From: Verrucomicrobiota bacterium
GTDB lineage: Bacteria; Verrucomicrobiota; Verrucomicrobiia; Limisphaerales; UBA11358
Length of the DNA: 24,000 nucleotides
NCBI GenBank assembly: GCA_049516755.1
Contig: JBEKSU010000015.1
Span: forward strand, 490 to 24,489
Direction of reading: 5' to 3'
Shown here one piece after another: positions 1-11,343 of this stretch. Under the pieces are notes generated by a model, which was not told the origin of the DNA, made no database searches, and saw nothing but the letters and a program-made list of their open reading frames with translations. Each line of letters opens with the position of its first letter. Positions within the stretch are counted from its first letter, which is position 1. The position numbers were made by a program, and so were the translations under genes.

Positions 1-1871
1 TCGGGAATTTCATGCACCCGCTCGACATACACCCGGCCGGTGTTCGTGAAGAACATGAGATAATCGTGCGTGCTGGCGGTGAAAAGGTGCTCGATGAAAT
101 CATTGTCCTCATCCGTAGCGCCTTCCTTCGTCGTCATGCCGATGACGCCCTTGCCGCCGCGGCGCTGGGCGCGATAGGAGCTGACGTTTGTGCGCTTGAG
201 GAGGCCGTTGTGCGTGAGCGTGATGATGACGCCTTCGTTGGCGATGAGGTCTTCGATGTTGATCTCGCCTTCGTCGGGCATGAGGTCGGTCAGGCGCGGG
301 GTGGCGTATTTTGCTTTGATCGCCTGCAATTCGGCCTTGATGATGGTGAACACGCGGGCTTCCTTTGCCAGAATGTCCATCAAATCCTCAATGCGCTTGA
401 GCAATTCCTTGTATTCGCCCTCGACCTTGTCAATTTCCAGGCCGGTCAACTGGTACAGGCGCAATTCCAAAATGGCGTCCACCTGCCGTTCGGTCAGCGC
501 ATACCGGCCCTTGGTCAGGCGTGACTCGTTGCGAATCAAAATGGACCAGCGTTCCACCTGCTTTTGGGTCCACTCGAACGCCAGCAGCTTGACCCGGGCT
601 TCCTCGCGCGTCTTGCTGCCGCGGATGATCTTGATGAAATCGTCAAGGTTCGCCAGCGCGATGAGATAACCCTCGAGAATTTCCGCGCGTTCCTCGGCCT
701 TCTTCAACTGGAACCGCGTGCGGCGCAACACGACCTCGCGGCGGTGCTCGATGTAGCAATTGATGAGTTCCTTCAGCCCGAGCGTCTTGGGCCGGCCGTG
801 GTCAATCGCCAGCATGTTGACGGCAAAACTCGATTCCAGCGCGGTCTGCTTGTAAAGATTGTTGATGACGACCTTGGCGATGGCGTCGCGCTTGAGTTCA
901 ACCACCACGCGCGTGTTTTCATCCGATTCGTCGCGGATGGCCGTGATTTCGGTGAAGCCCGGCGTTTTTTCGTTCACCAGTTCGGCCACGCGCTCGACGA
1001 GCACCGCGCGGTTGACGTTGTAGGGAATTTCCGTGATGACGATCTGTTCCTTGCCGCCCTTGAGCTGTTCAATGCCGACCTTGCCGCGGACCTTGATGCT
1101 GCCGCGGCCCGTCGTGAAGTATTCCTTGATGACTTCCAGCCCGCACACCATGCAGCCGGTCGGGAAGTCCGGGCCTTTGATGAATTTCATCAGTCCCTTG
1201 ACCGTGATGTTCGGGTCGTCAATCTGCGCGCAGACGCCGTCAATGATTTCACCCAGATTGTGCGGCGCCATGTTCGTGGCCATGCCGACGGCGATTCCCG
1301 TGCCGCCATTGACGAGCAGATTGGGAAACGCGGCGGGGAAAACGGTCGGCTCGGTGCGGGTTTCGTCGTAGTTGGGAACGAAATCCACCGTGTCCTGATC
1401 CATGTCCTCCATCAATACCGCGCCGAGATGCGCGAGCCGCGCCTCGGTGTACCGCATGGACGCCGGCGGGTCGCCTTCGACGGAACCGAAATTGCCCTGC
1501 CCGTCCACCAGCCGTTCGCGCATGGCCCACGGCTGCGCCATGTGGACGAGCGTCGGGTAAATCGCCTGGTCGCCGTGGGGATGGTAATTGCCCATCGTTT
1601 CGCCGACGATTTTGGCGCACTTGAGATGCTTGCGGTTCGGCATCACGCCGAGATCGTTCATCGCGTAAAGAATACGCCGCTGCGAAGGCTTGAGACCATC
1701 GCGCGCATCCGGCAGCGCGCGCGAAATGATCACCGACATCGAGTAATCAAGAAACGAGTTCTTGATTTCATCGGCGACATTGATCTTGGCGATTTTTTCC
1801 CCGGAGGCGAACAACGGCGTGTTGATCACCGGCAGGTCATTTGAAGGTTTGGGTTTTGGTTCGTCGGGCAT
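1..1871 (-). CDS. gyrA: DNA gyrase subunit A, N-terminal ~623 codons (3' end runs off the window)
   Basis: Absent from the supplied ORF track because it has no stop inside the window. My reverse-strand translation from ATG 1871..1869 reads MPDEPKPKPSNDLPVINTPLFASGEKIAKINVADEIKNSFLDYSMSVIISRALPDARDGLKPSQRRILYAMNDLG...GNYHPHGDQAIYPTLVHMAQPW...DGQGNFGSVEGDPPASMRYTEARL, the canonical GyrA N-terminal and active-site region. The frame stays open to position 1. Plus-strand ORFs 12..524 and 564..1844 are its antisense shadows. Confidence 0.95.
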   Translation of the reverse strand, partial: MPDEPKPKPSNDLPVINTPLFASGEKIAKINVADEIKNSFLDYSMSVIISRALPDARDGLKPSQRRILYAMNDLGVMPNRKHLKCAKIVGETMGNYHPHGDQAIYPTLVHMAQPWAMRERLVDGQGNFGSVEGDPPASMRYTEARLAHLGAVLMEDMDQDTVDFVPNYDETRTEPTVFPAAFPNLLVNGGTGIAVGMATNMAPHNLGEIIDGVCAQIDDPNITVKGLMKFIKGPDFPTGCMVCGLEVIKEYFTTGRGSIKVRGKVGIEQLKGGKEQIVITEIPYNVNRAVLVERVAELVNEKTPGFTEITAIRDESDENTRVVVELKRDAIAKVVINNLYKQTALESSFAVNMLAIDHGRPKTLGLKELINCYIEHRREVVLRRTRFQLKKAEERAEILEGYLIALANLDDFIKIIRGSKTREEARVKLLAFEWTQKQVERWSILIRNESRLTKGRYALTERQVDAILELRLYQLTGLEIDKVEGEYKELLKRIEDLMDILAKEARVFTIIKAELQAIKAKYATPRLTDLMPDEGEINIEDLIANEGVIITLTHNGLLKRTNVSSYRAQRRGGKGVIGMTTKEGATDEDNDFIEHLFTASTHDYLMFFTNTGRVYVERVHEIP

Positions 1872-1876
1872 AAAAA

Positions 1877-2326
1877 TTATTTGGCTGCGGCGATGTCCTC
1901 GATTTCACCCGGAATCAAAGCGATGCCGAGCTGTTTACAAGCGGCGCGAATCCGTTTATCGGTTGCGGACATTGTACCGCTGCGCTGCAAATCACAAGTT
2001 GCGACGTGCAAAGCGTCCAATGTCCGTAGTGGGACACGCGGATGACACGCCACTTGAATCGCGCGGGCGCGTTCGAGCACTCTGCGGTTCAGCGGGAACA
2101 ACACAATGAGTTCGCTTTCAACCATGGGAAAAAAATTCGCCATGGCACTTTCGCGCTCGGGTGGCGTAATGTCCCCCGCGCGCTCTTTGAACAGCAGCGC
2201 GGCACAAACTTCTGTCAAAGCCAGTTCCGACGATACAAAGCTGTGCCCTGACAGTTGGCGGCCAAACCATTCGCTGTCGGCTTCACGCACGAGCAACTTC
2301 ACGATGATGGCTGTGTCGAGATACAT
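1877..2326 (-). CDS. vapC: PIN-domain ribonuclease toxin, VapC family (type II TA toxin)
   Basis: The track ORF 1877..2332 begins at TTG. ATG 2326..2324 overlaps the upstream stop as TGATG, a typical TA translational coupling. MYLDTAIIVKLL..., ...SSELALTEV..., ...LDALHVATC... and ...SATDKRI... match the spaced acidic residues of a PIN fold. Size is about 149 aa. Confidence 0.85.
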   Translation of the reverse strand: MYLDTAIIVKLLVREADSEWFGRQLSGHSFVSSELALTEVCAALLFKERAGDITPPERESAMANFFPMVESELIVLFPLNRRVLERARAIQVACHPRVPLRTLDALHVATCDLQRSGTMSATDKRIRAACKQLGIALIPGEIEDIAAAK

Positions 2327-2652
2327 CACCAACCTCGCGCATCGCGGTCCAGATTGACGGCTTCCTCGGCCGACATGCCGCGATGAATCGGCTGCTTCAT
2401 CAGGTAATCGCCCATGCCTTCAAAAACTTTTCGAGGCTTGGCTTCCGCAACACTGACCAATTTGGCCTTCGGTTTGCCGTCGCTGGTGATGGTGATTTCC
2501 TGTCCGGCGGCCACCAATTCCAGCAGTGCCGACAAATGTGCCTTGGCCGCGCGGACGCTGATGACTTCACCAATGCCCGGTGCAACAGTGACTTCTTTGA
2601 GCACCGCCGATCGCGGCTTGTGCGCCGGGTATTTGAGCGTTTTTACTTTCAT
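2326..2652 (-). CDS. vapB: Phd/YefM-family antitoxin (VapB-like partner of the PIN toxin)
   Basis: 108-aa ORF. The core VISVRAAKAHLSALLELVAAGQEITITSDGKPKAKLVSV is the Phd/YefM prevent-host-death signature. It lies directly upstream of the PIN gene and overlaps it. The N-terminal ~16-28 aa are atypical, so GTG 2604 is an alternative start. Confidence 0.8.
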   Translation of the reverse strand: MKVKTLKYPAHKPRSAVLKEVTVAPGIGEVISVRAAKAHLSALLELVAAGQEITITSDGKPKAKLVSVAEAKPRKVFEGMGDYLMKQPIHRGMSAEEAVNLDRDARGW

Positions 2653-2658
2653 TCATCC

Positions 2659-2688
2659 AATGTAGTCACGCGTGACTACATTTGTCAA
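2659..2688 (-). promoter_or_regulatory. Candidate vapBC promoter with overlapping palindromic operator
   Basis: The minus strand reads TTGACA (2688..2683), an 18-nt spacer, then TACATT (2664..2659). The spacer plus -10 box form a 24-nt perfect palindrome, AATGTAGTCACGCGTGACTACATT (2682..2659). The -10 box ends 7 nt before ATG 2652, so the transcript may be leaderless. Confidence 0.55.
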
Positions 2689-2692
2689 CAAT

Positions 2693-5314
<2,622 letters not shown>

Positions 5315-5491
5315 TCAAAAAAACACCCCAAAACACAATGAATTGTGGCTCCGCCGGCCCGCTTATGCCGTATATTGGGGCAACCCTAAATTGCGACAAT
5401 CGTTGATTTTGTGGAAATATGACGCCGGATTTTGCCATCGTTTTGCCCTGAATCCGCTTGCATTGCTGCGCAGCAACTTTAGCTTCCGCGC

Positions 5492-8452
<2,961 letters not shown>

Positions 8453-8468
8453 TGTAAACTTCCGTGAG

Positions 8469-8912
8469 ATGAAAATAACCGATGCGCTTTTGGCGGAACA
8501 CGTTGTGTTCCATAATATTTTTGACCACATCGAAAACGTTGTGCCGAAACTGGAAACGCTGGCCGAGGTGAGAGGATGGGCGGGATTGATGGAAGTGCTG
8601 CTGCTCGCTCACGGCAAGACCGAGGAGGACCTGGTGTTCGCTCCGCTGAATCATTATCTGGAACAAATTGGCCAGAGCGACAGTTTCGAACACGAGCATC
8701 GGGAAATTGACAACAGCCTGCTGCGGGTGAAGACCGCCAAGCGGGTGCCTGAAGCGCGAAAGCTGCTGCTGCAGGCCGTGACCGCGTCCCGCAAACACTT
8801 CGACCGCGAGGAACGGATTGTTTTCCCGCTGGCCGAGCAGGTGATGAAAGGCGAAACGCTGGCCGAACTGGGCAGGGTTTGGATGAAGCAACGGGACGCG
8901 GAGTCGGCTTGA
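8469..8912 (+). CDS. Hemerythrin-like (HHE cation-binding) domain protein
   Basis: The track ORF 8262..8912 overlaps the gcvP 3' end. Internal ATG 8469 gives MKITDALLAEHVVFHNIFDHIE...FEHEHREID...RKHFDREERIVFP, with His/Glu spacing typical of hemerythrin-like domains. It starts 16 nt after the gcvP stop. Confidence 0.75.
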   Translation: MKITDALLAEHVVFHNIFDHIENVVPKLETLAEVRGWAGLMEVLLLAHGKTEEDLVFAPLNHYLEQIGQSDSFEHEHREIDNSLLRVKTAKRVPEARKLLLQAVTASRKHFDREERIVFPLAEQVMKGETLAELGRVWMKQRDAESA

Positions 8913-8944
8913 GGTTGATGATCGGCATATATTTCAAACGATAG

Positions 8945-8994
8945 GGCCGCGCTGCTGCGCGGCCATCATACCCCGGCGGCGCAGCCGCGCCGCC
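8945..8994. repeat. Twin GC-rich hairpins between convergent genes (REP-like element or atypical bidirectional terminator)
   Basis: GGCCGCGC-tgct-GCGCGGCC (8945..8964) and GGCGGCGC-agcc-GCGCCGCC (8975..8994). Both have perfect 8-bp stems and tetraloops, and neither has a U-tract on either strand. Confidence 0.5.
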
Positions 8995-8999
8995 CTGCC

Positions 9000-9737
9000 T
9001 TACGTTGCCAAGGCGGCATTCACGCCGGCGACAAGTGCGTTGATGCGGGTGGTCAACGGAAAATCCGACGGCGCTTCGAGGGTGTAGGATAATCGGGTTT
9101 TGTTGACGATCAAATAAAACGCCTCGGCCCATAACGGTCGCGTCTGTGGATCAAGGTTCGGACGAATAATGCCGCCCTGGGCCGGGCGGTCTTCGATGAT
9201 TTCCGACGGGTCAATCGGGCAGACTTCCGCGATGTGCGCAACCATGGTTTCGGCCAGCGATGGACGGTTTTCTGGATTCAATTCGTAAACGTAAAAGCCG
9301 TGCGATTCCCAGTCCTCGTGCAGGCAGAGGCAGAGGTCGAACTGCGGCTGGCGTTCCAGCCAGGCGATGTGTGCGCGCGTTTCCGCCGTTTCCCGGTGCC
9401 GATATTGCCGGTTGAGGTCAACTCCCCGGTCGTTCTCACGGCGGTTCAAAACGAAGCCCATCGGATTCAGGCACGGGCAAAACCACAGTTCCGCGTCTTT
9501 GGGCCATTGGTTCTCCCGGAGCAGGCGCAACGCCGCGAGCGGCCCGGCGGGTTCGTCGCCGTGAATGCCGGTGCTCAAATAAATGCGGATTGTGGATTGC
9601 GGATTACGGATTGAAAGCGGGGGACGGTGCAGGGCGAGCAGGTTGAATTCGCCTTGTTGCCCAAACGTCTCGGAGGTCCAGCCGGGTTGTTGGGCGGCGG
9701 TTGCGATGTCACGCAGCACGGCGCGGATGTCAATCAT
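9000..9737 (-). CDS. M14-family zinc carboxypeptidase-like protein (succinylglutamate desuccinylase/aspartoacylase superfamily)
   Basis: YLSTGIHGDEPAGPLAALRLL contains the HxxE zinc motif, and ...CLCLHEDWES... follows later. The ORF extends to 9884, but that part covers an intergenic repeat. ATG 9737 (MIDIRAVLRDIA) is the likelier start. Confidence 0.7.
   Translation of the reverse strand: MIDIRAVLRDIATAAQQPGWTSETFGQQGEFNLLALHRPPLSIRNPQSTIRIYLSTGIHGDEPAGPLAALRLLRENQWPKDAELWFCPCLNPMGFVLNRRENDRGVDLNRQYRHRETAETRAHIAWLERQPQFDLCLCLHEDWESHGFYVYELNPENRPSLAETMVAHIAEVCPIDPSEIIEDRPAQGGIIRPNLDPQTRPLWAEAFYLIVNKTRLSYTLEAPSDFPLTTRINALVAGVNAALAT
9585..9612 (-). repeat. Heptanucleotide repeat, 4 units (AATCCGT/AATCCGC/AATCCAC/AATCCGC on the coding strand), inside the M14 gene
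   Basis: The plus strand reads GCGGATT GTGGATT GCGGATT ACGGATT. It is translated as SIRNPQSTIRI directly upstream of the HGDE zinc motif. Confidence 0.85.
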
Positions 9738-9791
9738 CTCGCCGTGGTAGCCGCCGTGATTTTTGCCGAGCTTTTCCACGCGGAGAATTTC

Positions 9792-9815
9792 ACGCAAAGA
9801 CGCAAAAACGCAAAG
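9792..9815. repeat. Tandem octamer (ACGCAAAR)x3 in the ada-M14 intergenic spacer
   Basis: ACGCAAAG ACGCAAAA ACGCAAAG on the plus strand. The minus strand reads CTTTGCGT TTTTGCGT CTTTGCGT, 55-78 nt upstream of ATG 9737. Confidence 0.8.
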
Positions 9816-9828
9816 AAGTTTTATCCGT

Positions 9829-10704
9829 TTATCGATTTGCCGCCTCCGGAACGCCACCAAGTCGCGACGAGCTTTCCCACGCAATCATCGCGCGTTTACG
9901 GATTTGTCCCCAGTGATAATCTCCAATTACACCGGTTTCGCGAATGACGCGATGGCACGGGATAAGGTAAGCCAGCTGGTTTTGGCCGACGGCCGTTCCC
10001 ACGGCGCGTGACGCGGCCGGTTTGCCAATCGCGATTGCCAGTCGTCCGTAACTGGTAAGCGTGCCGGGCCGGACTTGCAGCAACGCCCGCCAGACGCGCA
10101 CCTGAAACGGCGTGCCGCGAACGAACGCGCGCAACGGAGCGCCAGGCTCCGACCCGGCGTGTTGGTTTATGGCGTGGCGTGCAAAAATATTTGCAGCGAG
10201 TTGCCTGACAACAGAATGGTCGCACCTGAATTTTGCCTGCGGCCAATCTTCTTGCAGCGCCGCCAGAGCGGCTTTTTCATTTTCAGTTTCGGTGAATGAG
10301 AGATGGCAGATGCCGCGAGGACTTTCGGCAATCAAACATTTTCCAAACGGGCTGTCCGCGAAACCGAATGAAATGGTCCGGCCGGCGCCGCCGGATTTCA
10401 ATTCGCCGGGCGACGCGGCTTCGAGATTCACGCAAAGGTCATGCAACCGGCCCGGCCCGGAAAGGCCGGACTCCAGCGCGACATCCAGAATGCTGTTGCC
10501 GTCGCGGAGCAATTCCTTCGCGTGCGCGAGCGTGAGGCATTGGAGAAAATCCTTCGGTGTGACACCCGCCCACGTCGAGAACAGGCGATGAAAATGGAAC
10601 TGGCTCAAGCCCGCGCGTCCGGCCAGGGTTGTCAAATCCGGTTGGTCGGTGTGGCGCTCATCCAGAAAACGGATGATTTGAGCGATGCGTTCGTAATCAT
10701 TCAC
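9829..10704 (-). CDS. Bifunctional AraC-type HTH regulator / methylated-DNA-protein-cysteine methyltransferase (Ada/Ogt-like)
   Basis: The N-terminal half has an AraC HTH (LSQFHFHRLFSTWAGVTPKDFL...). The C-terminal half has the Ogt active site LIPCHRVI. The track ORF starts at 10935 but runs through a hairpin repeat and the DUF559 3' end. In-frame GTG 10704 (VNDYERIAQIIRFL) or GTG 10740 are the plausible starts. Confidence 0.8.
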   Translation of the reverse strand: MNDYERIAQIIRFLDERHTDQPDLTTLAGRAGLSQFHFHRLFSTWAGVTPKDFLQCLTLAHAKELLRDGNSILDVALESGLSGPGRLHDLCVNLEAASPGELKSGGAGRTISFGFADSPFGKCLIAESPRGICHLSFTETENEKAALAALQEDWPQAKFRCDHSVVRQLAANIFARHAINQHAGSEPGAPLRAFVRGTPFQVRVWRALLQVRPGTLTSYGRLAIAIGKPAASRAVGTAVGQNQLAYLIPCHRVIRETGVIGDYHWGQIRKRAMIAWESSSRLGGVPEAANR

Positions 10705-10767
10705 GTCCCCAATCTGCCACGGGATGAAGGCCGCTCCCACCCGATTCTTGCGGCAAAATTTTGTTTT

Positions 10768-10792
10768 CCTCTCCCCGCCAAACGGGGAGAGG
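10768..10792. repeat. Hairpin repeat H1: CCTCTCCCC-GCCAAAC-GGGGAGAGG
   Basis: Perfect 9-bp stem and 7-nt loop, abutting the DUF559 stop codon (10794..10796). Confidence 0.9.
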
Positions 10793-10793
10793 G

Positions 10794-11237
10794 TCAGGGC
10801 GAGGGGTTCGTTTTCTTTTCTACGAATTTGATTTTTTTCACTTCCGGAGGGACAAACCGCTGCTCCTCCGCATTTTTCATCACTTGCACGCAGCCCGTCC
10901 GGCGTTGCAACGCATCCCAGATGGCCAGCAAACATCCTTCACGATTCTTCTGCCACTCATGATTCCAAAATCGCAATTCCTCAATATCCTGTTTTTTCAG
11001 AAAAGCGCTACGCGCCGCATCGAGTTGCATCTGCTCCGGCAAGCCGTGTTGAAAACCGTCCAGTTCCACATCCAACCGCGCCGCCGCGCAATAGAAATCC
11101 AAAATATAAATTCCCGCTGGATGCTGTCGGCGAAATTTGAATCCGGCGAAACGGTGGCTTCGCAACGCGCGCCACAATTCCTTTTCGTCGTCGGTCTGGT
11201 CGCGACGAAGCTGGCGGGCGGTTTGGATTGAGTTCAC
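10794..11237 (-). CDS. DUF559 endonuclease-domain protein (Vsr/restriction-endonuclease-like fold)
   Basis: ARQLRRDQTDDEKELWRALRSHRFAGFKFRRQHPAGIYILDFYCAAARLDVELDGFQH...LRFWNHEW matches the DUF559 pattern. GTG start at 11237. The C-terminal ~35 aa form a non-conserved tail. Confidence 0.85.
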   Translation of the reverse strand: MNSIQTARQLRRDQTDDEKELWRALRSHRFAGFKFRRQHPAGIYILDFYCAAARLDVELDGFQHGLPEQMQLDAARSAFLKKQDIEELRFWNHEWQKNREGCLLAIWDALQRRTGCVQVMKNAEEQRFVPPEVKKIKFVEKKTNPSP

Positions 11238-11290
11238 TTCGAAAGGATGCGAGTTGTTGGAAAAATTTCAAGTCCCCGCACGCTGACAAC

Positions 11291-11319
11291 TCCCTCTCCT
11301 CGCCAAACGAGGAGAGGGA
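11291..11319. repeat. Hairpin repeat H2: TCCCTCTCCTC-GCCAAAC-GAGGAGAGGGA
   Basis: Perfect 11-bp stem with a loop identical to H1 and the same orientation. It lies 54 nt upstream of the DUF559 start and 25 nt downstream of the bioB stop. Confidence 0.9.
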
Positions 11320-11343
11320 GAAGATGCTCGCGTTCTGGACGGT

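Noticed and set aside
12-1844. Plus-strand ORFs 12..524 and 564..1844, offered by the track as the only large ORFs here
   Set aside because: The opposite strand encodes an unmistakable GyrA N-terminus that is open to the window edge. The plus-strand ORFs are antisense shadows.
1877-2652. The idea that the TA toxin targets gyrase because of its position between gyrB and gyrA
   Set aside because: The toxin is a PIN-domain (VapC-type) RNase. The known gyrase poisons are the CcdB and ParE families. Nothing in the sequence supports a gyrase-directed activity. The linkage is more likely transcriptional or positional.
9738-10935. Long N-terminal extensions of the M14 ORF (to 9884) and the ada-like ORF (to 10935)
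   Set aside because: The extensions are translated from the octamer repeat, from hairpin H1 and from the 3' end of the DUF559 gene (peptides like LLCVFASLRE and LALTLSPFGGER). Internal starts restore typical family N-termini.
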